This document shows, in pieces, positions 18,312-30,960 of a stretch of 64,000 nt of DNA. Within the stretch, counting starts at the first letter, position 1; every line of letters begins with the position of its first letter. The translations under genes were made by a program, and so were the position numbers. This DNA comes from the human T2T-CHM13v2.0 reference genome, Homo sapiens, in the NCBI RefSeq assembly GCF_009914755.1, contig NC_060947.1; one strand, 5' to 3'. The notes beneath the pieces are model-generated. The model had not been told where the DNA came from. It made no database searches and worked only from the letters and a program-made list of their open reading frames with translations.

Positions 18312-18351
18312 GTACAATTTTTAAGAGAAAGTATAAAAGAATATCATCAAA

Positions 18352-18596
18352 GACCTAAGCTCTTCCTTTTTGCTTCTCCATCCTTATCACCTGGCTTTCA
18401 CCTATATGCTTGTTTCCCATTCACATCTCGTTTGCCAGAACTATATTGCATGGCCCGCCTCCTCAATATCAGTTGCAAGGGAGCCTGGGAAACAAAGTAT
18501 CTAGCTGGGCACATTGCCACCTTAAACAAAACCAGGATTGTGTTAGCAAAGAAGGAGGAAATAGATATTGGGTAGGCAACAAACGATGCCTGCCAA
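18352..18596 (-). mobile_element. MLT1 (J/K/L-type) MaLR LTR relic, probably continuing left of the L1 at about 17985-18104
   Basis: tgcaagggagcctgggaaa...tctagctgggcacattgcca...ggattgtgttagcaaagaagg...gatattgggtaggcaac...tgcca. Confidence 0.6.
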
Positions 18597-20454
18597 AGAC
18601 CAAAGGAGAGCTCTGGCTGCCCTTAGATCAACCATATTCACTGGGCACCTACTAGGTGCCAAACACTGTACCATGTGCTTGGAGATCTGACTTTTGCCTC
18701 AGGCTAACCAGAATTCAGAGAATGAAGCTACTCCAGAGGGATAAATTACCAAAACTAGCATCTAGCTGTGTGTCAAGTTTTATTTTTTTTTCCTAGCCAC
18801 CAAGCTGCACTGAGCTTTGAGAACATAATTTCATCTAATCTTTCAAATTATTTGGGGCAGAGATTCAAACATCAGCTAACCCGCTCAATATAGGGACCAT
18901 CACAAAGAAAGGTCTTTGAATTTTAGCTATCAGGATCATTTTTAAAAACTGTGCATCAGAGTTATTTTATGCATGCAAATCTCTTTCTGCTTTTTAATTG
19001 GATTTGTGCCTGGATGTACTACAAATTGCTTTTAAAGATGGGCTGCAGAATAGGTTCCAGCTATGGACACCAATACAATGGCATAGGCAGGTACTTTTGG
19101 TGTCACCTCACCTCCACACCTTTATTTCCACACAGTCTCCAATCTCATCCTACTTGCTGACTAGTCGGTACAAAGGACTTCTTCTAACCTAAAAACAACC
19201 TTTGAAGACCTCCCCCCACCCCACACCCCAAAAAAGCAAATGCAAAATCATTAAGAGCTCCAGAATGATTTTTACTAAGGAATTTTTCCTGGGGATTCTC
19301 TCTCCAAGGAAAGATAAATAAACGGCTCTCACAAAAGAACGAGTCTTTGCTGCTTTGATGTGAATGAGGCCAACCAGAAAATCCCTGCAGCTTAAAACCT
19401 AAGCTCAGTAACACTTTGTTTTTAGTAAAGTCAGAATGGAAAAAGACTTTGGGGAAGTCAAGAAGTGGCCAGTAGGATTACATGGCATAGACTCTTCAAA
19501 ATCCAACTTTCTGCAGGCTGGTAGCAGTGGAATACAAAACTGTCTACCAAATGTGATTTGAGAAGAAAATTCATGCCCACAGATTTCTTTTTACCTTGGA
19601 CGATCATGGCGAAAGTCCAAGTCCCTTAGGGCTTTCTGGTAACAGGTGCACTCCATTTCTAGGGAAGGATAATATGTTATCTGGGATTAGTTTATCTGGT
19701 TGGCCTATTGTCACCCAGAAGAGATCAGAGCCCTAAGGGTATGGTACCTTCTGGTGTTTTTAAATTTTGAGAAATAGGAAAGGGATGGTTTATAATTTAG
19801 AATCCAAGCAGAACTCAGTGAGGTGCACCAGAAGGAACTTCAAGATAGACACGGAAGAGTAGGTGGCCACTAGACCCCTGGGAAGAGAGTGAACCAAAGA
19901 GAAGTAGGAGAGCGGCAGGGCTCTGGAATGAGTCAATCATGACACCTATCTATGCCAAGCTTATGTTGGAATCAAAAGAGTATACTGAAGTGGGATATTT
20001 AGACCCATTTCTTAAATGATGCAGAGTGTTACAAAGCACCCAGTATAGTGTCTTACAGACACTCATAGAAAATATATAATAAATCCTAACCACGAAACAT
20101 TTCATAAAGTAGAAGGTTTGAGGAAGGATAAGGTTGATAGAAAGGCAGCACCTTAGTGAAATAAATGAAAGTGTTCATTGATACTCCTGTACCATCCACT
20201 GCATCCCCTGTGCTTTTGCTTGCCCATACCTGATATAAAATCCCACCCAACATAACATCTCTATATATGAGTCATTAGAATTCATGGGTGGGGAGGGTAG
20301 TAATAATTTATGGAGTAGAAGAAAGGGACTAGGTGGGGAAGGGACAGTAGGAAGGAGAATAAAAGAAGCAGTTGAGGGTAGAAGCAAAACGGAGAATGGC
20401 TGTGAAAGTGCAAAGCGAAAATACAGGAAGAAGACACTGGATATTAACATAATA

Positions 20455-21030
20455 ACAACAATAATAGTAAAAGTTATATAAGGCTTACTATGTGCCAAGT
20501 CCTGTTGGAAGCACCTCACGTACATTAACTCACTCTTCACAATAATCCCATGAAGTAGATTTATTATTATCTTCCAATTTTATAGATTAAGACATTGAGG
20601 CATAGAGTTTAAGTCAAAATAATGATACTTATAAAGCAGAGACAAGGGATAAAGAAAGAGACTGAATTCTGACATCATTTGCTCTCCAGATTTTTCAATT
20701 AAGCCAATAATGTCTTTCTTTCAAGTCAATTTAAGTCAGGTTTCTGTCCCTTGCAACAAAGAGTCCTTGCTAATAAAAAAAAAAAATCTATTGGCTGTTT
20801 ATCATGGACAAAGTACTGGGCTAAGTGTTTTTATATACTTTTTAAATTTAATCCTGATGACTCAATGAGTTTGGTACTGTTATTATTATCCCTATTTTGA
20901 AGATGAAGAAACTGAGGCACAGAGATATTAAATAACTTACCCAGAGTCATGCAGCTAATAGGTAGCAGAACTGAGAGGTAAACTCCTGCAGTTTGACTTC
21001 ACACTCTGTGCTTATCACAACCATACTAAT
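20455..21030 (-). mobile_element. Two MIR relics separated by an MLT1-type LTR end fragment (about 20680-20775)
   Basis: MIR cores at 20480-20610 and 20800-21000; ggtttctgtcccttgcaacaaagagtccttgctaata is MLT1-like. Confidence 0.6.
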
Positions 21031-23788
21031 CTTTGATGTGCACACAAATAGGCAGATAAAGGAAGAGCATGTCACTAGCCAGTAGTGAATAATGGAAACT
21101 GAAGGCCACTTCATTCCAACTGTTCCTTTTAAAGAGTAACCTGATAAAGTTATAGCCACCCATTCAAATTTCCAAGAAATCAGGTCCTATGCAGGTGAAC
21201 ATTTGTTTGGAGTCTCCTGACTCTTGGGAAACCATTATTTTTGATGGTATGTAGCCTTGACTCTCCAGTGAGGAGTCACTTAGCACTAATAGAAACTAGC
21301 TCTAGGATTTTATGTCCCCAAAAGAGACTCCCTTTCAAACAGGAAAAGGAAGAAGTTATGGTGAAGCTATCTCTGTGGGTACGGCTGGGAATACTTCTTA
21401 GAACAGGAAACCAGTAGCATCACACCCTGGAAACCACCATACCAAGATTCACAAAGCTAGCATCAACTGAGCAAAGCCTTCTTCCATTTCTTACGTGCCT
21501 ACAGCCTCTCCATATAATCAAAGCTTGCATCCTTAATGGCTTTCAGTCAATCCCTATGAGCATTCCTTCTTCCACAAGTGTACTACAATTAGTTGCTGTA
21601 GCTTTACTGCAGAAGGAACTATGTATATGTTTTTAATTTTTTGTTGTTTTATTTTTAATGTATACAAATGCCTATCTGCTAGCGATAACTATTGGCCAAA
21701 GAATAATAGTCTATTCAACTGGGATTCAAACAGTTAAAGATTACAAATGGCTTTCATTGTTTTATAACTATTAGAAGGCTCCCCTGATAATTCCTTGCTG
21801 ATTTATATCTTGGTCTCTATTTCTGCATAGTCACCATAAAAATGCTGTGTTAAATAATTTCATATTAAAAAACAAAACCAGGATTTAATCGTCACTTAAG
21901 AGGCAAACGATAATTTTTATCAGCCTTTGCGAATGGGCCTTGTTTCTCCTTCATTACATGTCTATAAATGTTTGCTAGTTCTTAGAAGTTAAATGACTAG
22001 AAGGATAGAAGAGACGTGAATTTTTAAAAATCAGTCACTGTTTTTAGCTCCATTCTAAAATACATCCTGCATGACACAGTAGATCTTCTCCATGAGACTA
22101 GTTAATAACAAGCATTCTGCATATTTTATAATTATGTGCACTACCAGCAGAGTGCCATTGGATTTATTGCACATTTGAGCCCCCAGAATCAGAGTCGTGC
22201 TTCACACTACCTATCATAACAAATGGCATGGAGGGGTTCTTTATGTTACAGGTTACTGAGTTGGATATTTAAATAGCACATTCGGAAGTGTTCTGAGTTA
22301 TGGTCACCCTGCAAGAAAGGCACCATCCAAAGTACACTATGATTTAAGTGTCATGGCCCATGCTGGAGCTAGCAGCTAGCTGACTCAGAATTGGGATCTA
22401 TAAAAAAGGAAATGAATAAAACCCTAGTTGATTAGGAGCAGATTGATCAGAAACATCTATTGTTTCTGATTGGGTTTTTGGCACACTCCAATTTTTAGAT
22501 GTAAGAGGCAAGAAACACAGACATACATAGGTCATATTACTTCTTTTTTTCAGTAGATAGTCCAATTGCCTATACCTCTTTTCTATCTCCATCCTTTAAA
22601 ATGTTGGAATGTATCACTAAGTGATATGTGTGTAGAAACCCCTTCTTTCTCTGGCATAAAAGGTATTCCACACATGGAGCAGTATTTCTCTCACTCCCAC
22701 CTTAGAATGAAGGGAGAATGACCTTTGTTTTTCCATCATATACATAGAAAGTTTGAAGAATTTTTTATTTCAATGTGTGCAAAATAATTACTGATGCAAC
22801 CTTGACTGTTTATACCACTTTTACTCATCAACCTATTATCCTCAGATAATGTCTTTGGATATGAACACTAACACTGGTACAATTAACTCTACATTGGTAT
22901 GCTTGGAGTGGTGACATAACTTATCCTAGGTCCCACAACAAGGTCGATATAAAGGACAGACTAGATTACAGGTCTCTTGACTTCTGGCCGAATGTTCTTA
23001 CTACTGAATGGTGTTATCTGCAACCTGTACTGCCCTTGGTTAATTTACTTTGAGAAACATATGCAAAAAAAAGTCTAGGATGTTGTTTTCTTACCCTATG
23101 CTCATGAATCAAACTTGTTCTTCTTCCCCCTCCTGTTACCAGCACCCTCCCCAATTCCCACCCCAACCTCCACATATCATTTAAAAGCCTGTGTTTCCTT
23201 CTACTATTCAAGAGACTGGAACATCCAGATCATCTAACTATGACTTGAGATAAATCACGCTATGTTCCCTCAGAAATTACTTTGACACAAACAATTACTC
23301 CAATAATATACGGTGGAAAATAGTGTTAAGTACAATCAGCAAATCTAAATGGCAGTAATTGGCATTACTAATTCTTGCACACAAATAAATAATTATACTA
23401 CTTTCCTTCCAAATTTCAATTTGGACATGCAAAGTCCACTTAGTTCACTGGAGCAGAAAATGGAAGCCTTTACCAAAGTTGACAGTCCACATGATAATGT
23501 GTAGCCTATACCTTAAACTCATCTTTATATTGTTCACAGTAACTGTTAGCATGAGGCTTTGCATGTAGCAGGGTTTTAAATAAAGCCTTGTTAAATGAAT
23601 GGTTGTTCATGACCAGTCTCTAATTTCCATATTATTTTTTATCCCATGAGAATAAAATGCTCGATTTCACTTTGTATTGTGGTATATAATAGAAGTTCTT
23701 ATATAACTTAGTTTATTAAATATATTCAAGCATGCCTCTCCCAAAGCATACCAATTATGGAGAAGACCCTAAAGACACTACCCTATAG

Positions 23789-23944
23789 CCTTGCTACTTA
23801 AAGTGTGGTCCATAGACCAGAAGCATCAGCATCAACTGGGAGCTTGTCAGAATTTCAGGCCCCATCCCAGACCTATGGAATCAGAATCCACATTTACAAG
23901 ATTCTCATGTGATTCCCGTGCATGTTAAAGCTTGACAAGTTCTG
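23789..23944 (+). mobile_element. MER5A1-type MITE
   Basis: ttgctacttaaagtgtggtccatagaccagaagcatcagcatcaactgggagcttgtcagaat...ccccatcccagacctatggaatcagaatc. Confidence 0.8.
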
Positions 23945-24236
23945 TGCCATGGGAACAGTTGTTAATCCTGTCACCTGACTCCAATCGTCACACTGCACAT
24001 TCCAGTCTATAAAACCTCTTGAACCCCTATGGGTTTATTAGGCACTAGATAGAATACAGACAAAGGAAAAGACATAGCTTTTAGCAAGGACAATATATAA
24101 TCTAGCTCTAATTCATGTGGTTTACATTGCAGTAATGCAATCATAGGGAAGATCAGGTAGATTGGGTTGTTCAGGGAAGGCTTATTGGAAATGGAATAAT
24201 TTACTAATCAGTACTTTTGGAAGTGGGGAAAAGTGG

Positions 24237-24343
24237 TAACAATAGCTAATGTTTGTCTAGTGCTTACTATCTGCAAAGGCCTCAGGTTACACTTTTTCAT
24301 TTATCATCCCATTTAATCCTCACATTAATTCGATGAGTTAGGT
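24237..24343 (-). mobile_element. MIR (outer element, left piece)
   Basis: gtgcttactatctgc...cccatttaatcctcacattaattcgatgagttaggt. Confidence 0.7.
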
Positions 24344-24440
24344 TTAGTGTAGTGGCAAAGTGCGTAGGCTCTAAAGTAAAATGGTCTGAGTTTGAATCCT
24401 ACCTTTGCTACTTACTAGCTGTGAGATCTTGGAAAATATT
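24344..24440 (+). mobile_element. MIR (inner element, left piece)
   Basis: gtgtagtggcaaagtgcgtaggctct...gagtttgaatcct...ctacttactagctgtgagatcttgg. Confidence 0.75.
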
Positions 24441-27400
24441 TTTTTTAACTTTTATTTTATGTTCGGGGGTACATGTGCAGGTTTGTTACATAGATAAACT
24501 TATGTCATAGGGGTTTGTTGTACAGATTATTTCCTCACCCAGATATTAAGCCTAGTACCCATTAGTTATTTTTCCTGGTCCTCTCCCTTCTCCCACCCTC
24601 CACCCTCTGAGAGGCCCCCGTATGTGTTTTTCCCCTCTATGTGCCTGTGTGTTCTCATCATTTAGCTCCCACTTATAAATAAGAACATGCGGTATTTGTT
24701 TTTCTGTTCCTGTGTTAGTTTGCTAAGGATAATGGCCTCCAGCTCCATCAATGTCTCCTCAAAGGACACGATTTTTTTTATGCTGTTCTTTTTTATGCTG
24801 CATAGTATTGCATGGTGTATATTATGACATTTTCTTTATCCAATCTCTCTTTGATGGGCATTTAGGCTGATTCCATGTCTCTGCTATTGTGAATATGCTG
24901 CAATGAACAGTCACATGCATGTGTCTTTATGGTAGAAGGATTTACATTCCTCTGGGTATATGCCCAGTAATGGGATTGTTGGGTCAAATTACAGTTCTGC
25001 TTTTAGGTCTCTGAGGAATCAAAACACTGTCTTCCACAATGGTTGAGCTAATTTACACTCCCAGCAAGGGTATATAAGGGTACCATTTTCTCCACAACCT
25101 CACCAGCATCTGTTATTTTTTGACTTTCTAATAATAGCCATTCTGACTGTTGTGGCATGGTATCTCATTGTGATTTTCATTTACATTTCTCTAATGATCA
25201 GTGATGTTGAGCTTTTTTCATATGATTATTGACTGCATGTATGTCTTCTTTTGAAAAGTGTCTATTCATGTCCTTTTGCCCACTTTTTAATGGGGTCGTT
25301 TGCTTTTTCTTGTAAATTGGTTTAAGTTCCTTATAGATGCTATATATTATACCTTTATCAGACTCATAGTTTGCAAAAATTTTTTCCCATTGTGTAGGTT
25401 GTCTATTTATACTGTTGATAGTTTATTTTGTTATGCAGAAGCTCTTTAGTTTAATTAGATACCATTTGTCAATTTTTGCTTTTGTTGCAGTTGCTTTTGG
25501 TGTCTTCCTCATGAAATCTTTGCCCATGCCTATGTTCTGAATGCTATTTCCCTGGTTGTCTTCCAGGGTTTTTATAGTTTTGGGTTTTATATTTAAGTCT
25601 TTTTTTCATCTTGAGTTAATTTTTTTTATGGTGTAAGGAGTCCAGTTTCAATCTTCTGCATATGGCTAGTCAGCTTTCCCAGTACTGTTCATTGAATAGG
25701 GAATTTTTCTCCATTGCTTGTTTTTGTCAGGTTTGTCGAAGATCAGATAGTTGTAGGTGTATGGTCTCATTTCTGGGTTGTCTATTCTGTTCCATTGGTC
25801 AATGTGTCTATTTTTTTGCACCAGTACCATGCTGTTTTGGTTACTTTAGCCTTGTACTATAGTATGAAGTTAGACAGCATGATGCCTCCAGCTTTGTTCT
25901 TCTTGTTTAGGATTGCTTGGCTATTCAGGCTCTTTTTGTGGTTCCATATGAATTTTAAAATACTTTTTTATAGTTTTGTGAAGAAACTCCATGGTAGTTT
26001 AATAGGAATAGCATTGAGTCTATAAATTGCTTTGGGCAGTATGGCCATTTTCACGATATTGATTCTTCCTATCCATGAGTATGGAATGTTTTTCCATTTG
26101 TTTGTGTCATCTCTGATTTCTTTGAGCAGTGGTTTGTAGTTCTCCTTGTAGAGATCTTTTGGCTCCCTAGTTAGCTGTATTCCTAGGTATTTTATTCTTT
26201 CTGTGGCAATTGTGAATGGGAGTTTGTTCCTAATTTAGCTCTAGGCTTGACTGTTGTTTGTGTATAGGAATGCTAGTAATTTTTGCACATGGATTTTGTA
26301 TCCTGAGACTTTGCTGAAGTTGCTTATCAGCTTAAGAAGCTTTGGGGCTGAGACTATGGAATTTTCTAGATATAGGATCATGTCATCTGCCAACAGGGAT
26401 AGTTTGACTTCCTCTCTTCCTATTTGGATGCCCTTTATTTATTTCTCTTGCCTGATTGCCCTGGCCAGAACTTCCAATACTATGCTGAATAGGAGTGGTG
26501 AGAGAAGGCATCCTTGTCTTGTGCTGATTTTCAAGGGGGAATGCTTCTCACTTTTTCCCATTCAGTATGACATTGGCTGTGGGTTTGTCATATATGACTT
26601 ACTATTTTGAGGTATGCTCCTTCAATACCTAGTTTATTTAGAGTTTTTTAACATAAACAGATGTTGAATTTTATCAAAAGCATTTTCTGCATATATTAAG
26701 GTAATCATGGTTTTTGTCTTTAATTCTGTTTATCTGATGAATCACATTTATTGATTTGTGTATGTTGAACCAATCTTGCATCCCAGGGATAAAGCCAACT
26801 TGATCATGATGGATTAGTTTTTGGATGTGCTGCTGGATTCGGTTTGCTAGTATTTTGTTGAGGATTTTGCACGTATGTTCATCTGGGATATTGGCCTGAA
26901 GTTTTCTTTTATTGTTGTGTCGTTACCAGGATTTGGTACCAGGATGATGCTGGCCTCATAGAATGAGTTAGGGAGGAGACCCTCCTCCTCAATTTTTTAG
27001 AATAGTTTCAGTTGGAATGGTTCCAGCTCTTCTTTGTACATGTGGTAGAATTCAGCTGTGAATCTGTCTGGTCCTGGGCTTTTTTTTTTTTTTTTTTTTT
27101 TTTTTTGGTTGGTAGGCTACTTACTACTGCCTCAATTTCAGAGCTCATTATTGATCTTTTCAGGGATTTAATTTCTCCATGGTTCAGTCTTGGGAGGGTG
27201 TATGTATCTAGGAATTTATGCATTTCTGACTGTTTATTTGAATTTTCTCTCTTTTCTTATTAGTCTAGCTAATGGTCTATCTATTTTATTAATTTCTTTT
27301 CAAAAATCCAGCTCCGGGATTCATTGATTTTTTAATGGTTTTTTGTTTGTTTGTTTGTTTGTTTGTTTGTTTTTTGTATCTCGACCTCCTTCAGTTCAGC

Positions 27401-28145
27401 TCTGCTTTTGGTTCTTGTGTTCTGCTAGCTTTGGTATTTGTTTGCTTCTGGCTCATTGGTTTTTTTAGCTGTGATGTTAGGTTGTTAATTTGAGATCTTT
27501 CTAACTTTTCGAGATGGGCATTTAGTGCTATAAATTTCGCTCTAACACTGCCTTAGCTGTGTCTCAGAGATTCTGATATGTTGTATCTTTGTTCTCATTA
27601 GTTTTCAAAAAACTTCTTGATTTTTGCCTTAAGTTCATTATTTATCCAAAAGTCATTCAGGAGCAGGTTATTCAATTTCCATGTAATTGTATGGTTTTGA
27701 ATGAATTTCTTAGTCTTCATTTGTAATTTGATCGTGCTGTGGTCCCAGAGACTGTTTGTTACAATTTCAGTTCTTTTGCATTTGCTGAGAAGTGCTTTAC
27801 TTCTGATCACGTGGTCAATTTTAGAGTATGTGCCATGTGCCAATGGGAGGAATATATATTCTGTTGTTTTTGGGTAGAGAGTTCTGTAGATATCTATCAG
27901 GTCCGTTTGGTCCAGTGTTGAGTTCAAGTCCTGAATATCTTTGTTAATTTTCTGTCTCAACAATCTGTCTAATCCTGTCAGTGGGGTGTTGAAGTATCCC
28001 ACTATTATTGTCTGGGAGTCTAAATCTCTTTGAAGGTCTCTAAGAACTTGCTTTTTGAATCTTGGTGCTCCTGTATTAGGCGCACATATGTTTAGGATAC
28101 TTAGATCTTGTTGAATTGAACCCTTTACTGTTATGGAAAGACCTT
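24441..28145 (-). mobile_element. 5'-truncated L1PA13-type LINE-1 (3' UTR plus most of ORF2, degenerate)
   Basis: gttcgggggtacatgtgcaggtttgttacatag...gtacccattagttatttttcctg; minus-strand ORF pieces [20 protein letters not shown]; TSD-like tcttggaaaatattt / tcttggacaagatattt. Confidence 0.92.
27344..27371. repeat. (TTTG)n microsatellite inside L1
   Basis: tgtttgtttgtttgtttgtttgtttgtt. Confidence 0.9.
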
Positions 28146-28308
28146 CTTGGACAAGATATTTAAACTCTCTATGCCTTAGTTTCCTAATCTATAGAATGGA
28201 GATAATAGCAGCACCTACCTCTAGTACCCATTAGAATTAAAGGAGTTAATATGTATGAAACACTTAGAGCAATGCCCATCACATAGTAACCATCCAATAA
28301 ATGTCAGA
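28146..28308 (+). mobile_element. MIR (inner element, right piece)
   Basis: aactctctatgccttagtttcctaatctatagaatggagataatag...cacttagagcaatgccc..cacatagtaa...caataaatgt. Confidence 0.8.
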
Positions 28309-28310
28309 TG

Positions 28311-28450
28311 CTACTATTTTCATTTTATATGTGGAGAAACTGATGCACAGAGAAGTTGAATAACTTTTTCAAAGTCACACAGCTAGTAAGTGGTGGAGCT
28401 AGAACTTAAATGTTGCTTTGTGTGACTACAGAGCTCACACTTTCAACTCT
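28311..28450 (-). mobile_element. MIR (outer element, right piece)
   Basis: cattttatatgtggagaaactgatgcacagagaagtt...aaagtcacacagctagtaagtggtggagct. Confidence 0.75.
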
Positions 28451-28959
28451 TTATTACATAATTTAAAATGTTCCTGAAGAGGGAGAAGGAGAAAACTGTT
28501 CTAAATCCAAACTTTTCCAATGATTATGAGCCCAATCCTCCTGTGGAAGCTGGGCCCACACAAGTATTAGGCAATAAGCTGACAATATTTGAGATAGTGT
28601 CTTCATATAAGATTCCAAGCAGATTTCACTATTTGCAACAAAATTCATCAAAACTTTAAATTGTTTTCCCAGCAGTGGCTATGGCTTTGCCCAGTAATTT
28701 ATAATCTTCTGCCTGGATAACTTCGTGACCAGACAAAAGTAAGGGATACAGGCTGCACAAGGCCTAGAATAAACGTATCTGGCCCTCATGAGCCTGGTAT
28801 TTAAGAAATGGTGTTTCTGTGCAAAGCACACCTTTAAAAGACAGACTGAACACCTTCTGAATAGCCTGGAATCGGATCTTAGACATAGAATCAGATGTCA
28901 CTGGATTAGAGGGTAGTTTTTGGTTCTTTCTAAATTCTGGGTCTTATTCAGATGAGATT

Positions 28960-29360
28960 AATTCTGTGTCAAAATCTTGGCTAAGATCTCTTCTGTATGA
29001 CCTTGAGTCAGTCAGTATCCTTCTCTGGACCTCAGTTTCCAATATATGTAAAATAAGACTAATGGGATGGTCTCTACATGTCTTTCCAATTCCAATATAG
29101 TCTTTACAGTTTTGAAAGTGTGTTTTATCCACACCACTTCTCTCCTCCCTGGTCTTTAGTGATGTGGAAAGAGCATAGGCTTTGGAATCAGATAGACATA
29201 GGGTTACCTCCTTGCCCCCAGGACTTAGAAGCTGGGTGACCTTGGTCAAAATATGCCTCTCTCTGGATCTCGATTCTCTCCTAGAGATAGTAATACTCCC
29301 ACCTCACAGGGTTACCAGGAATTGTATGTAGTAGAAGGCATGCAATTTACTAATAAATAT
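28960..29360 (+). mobile_element. MIR/MIR3 relics
   Basis: tgtatgaccttgag...ctctggacctcagtttcc; gctgggtgaccttggtcaa...acctcacagggtt. Confidence 0.6.
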
Positions 29361-30926
29361 CTCTCCCTGAATTTCTGAGGATCATTATATGGGTCTATTA
29401 CTCTATCGTCTACACAGAACCACTTTTGTATGCTTAGAGAAGTCAAGGGTAACATTGGCCTGTGTGATCTTCTAATACTGAAACCTTTCCCTATAAGCCA
29501 GAAAGATCCATTGAGGAGTTTTAATATCTTGATAAGGTCAGAGAAGGGCCAAGGAAGAGCTATTGTAATGGTCATGGCGTACCCCTTAGCAATTCTATCC
29601 TCTGTCTAAGTCTAATAGGACAAGTGTTTAATATTACACACTCACAATAGAATTTCCTTTCTATGACGTGGGCTCCCAGAGACTATTTCAAATCTGAGTT
29701 TCATAGCAAAAACTTTCCACTGCCAACCCCTTCACAATTTTTTCACCCCAGAATGGTCTCCTATTACTTTTAAGGACTACTGCAACATTTATTTAAAGTA
29801 AAATTAATGTTAATGCATTTAGATTTTATTCAGATATTGGGTTGCAGGATCTAGTAAGAGTGTGTCCAAGCTCCTGATCAATCACATTGGAAAGCAGAAT
29901 TCTCAGTAGTGGGAAAAATCTAGATTTGTCATTGACTAACCAAACAAGTCATAAAATCATTCACTTGTTTTTAGAGCAGTGCTTTGGTTCAGCTAGGAAG
30001 GCTTAGTTCCTTCTAGTCAGGAACCATATAGAAAAATGAAAGAACACTTCCGAAGAACATTTGTCACCTTGGTTTGGGTGACGGTGTGATGTATACAGGA
30101 AAAGATGTTAAGGTGAAATAAAATATATAATTTACCCAGCAGGATATCTACTGCTGGGAATAGGTTGTCATCCATTGATGAGAGTCATAAGCTTCACTAT
30201 GTAAACATTTTAAGGAAACATATATCTGTGAAGGCACTATGGTTAAAAAGTTCATCTCTTTCTCTGATGTTTCATCTATGTTTCATGTTTTGCATCGTTA
30301 CTTATTTCAGGCGGGGTCAGTACTGGTCTAGTTCCATTCTTTGCAATAAGGCCATGTTATTTGACACCACACTTCTTGACCACTCCACCCCAACTTTTGC
30401 TCCCATACCCAAGGAGAATCTTGACTCACTTCAGACACTTCTTCTGTGAGGAGGATCTCCCATTAGCCCCCAAAGCCCCACTTTTAGTGCTACAACCAAG
30501 GAGAATCCAGTGAAGATATAGCATGTGTCAGCCCTAATTTCAGATTCCAAAATAACATTTAAATTTCTTTTTACAGTAAAATCTCTATCAAACAGAGTCT
30601 GATGGGTCAGAATCTTCAAATAGCCAAAATTTCTGCCTAGAGATTTTAGGAAAAAAAAAATGATTTCAAAAGGAGCGGGTGATATCAGGGATTTAGTAAA
30701 AGTGACAGTCTCCTTGGGCTGCTCCAGGGTCAGTACACATTTAGCCAGTTGCCTCCATTTTAACTTCTACAGTCCTGGGTAATGAATACCTATGTTCAGA
30801 AAGATGACCCTGAGACATTGTAATATCCTTGGGCACCAAAAAAGATTCTGCAATATTCAGTTGGTTATATTTATCAAGGAAGAAAAGTGGGCTTACATAT
30901 TTTATAGAAACTTTCAATGGCATTTC

Positions 30927-30960
30927 AATAACAACAACAATAACAACAACAACAACAAAA
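30927..30960. repeat. (AAC/AAT)n trinucleotide tract
   Basis: aataacaacaacaataacaacaacaacaacaaaa. Confidence 0.85.

Noticed and set aside
18973-18980. Isolated octamer ATGCAAAT and AP-1 TGAGTCA sites (for example 51494-51500) as enhancers
   Set aside because: Single 7-8-mers occur several times by chance at this length and AT content; no independent support
22446-22470. 10-bp hairpin atcagaaaca-tctat-tgtttctgat (and 8-bp hairpin at 30135-30158)
   Set aside because: Isolated stems of this length are expected by chance in 64 kb; intrinsic terminators are not relevant in this genome
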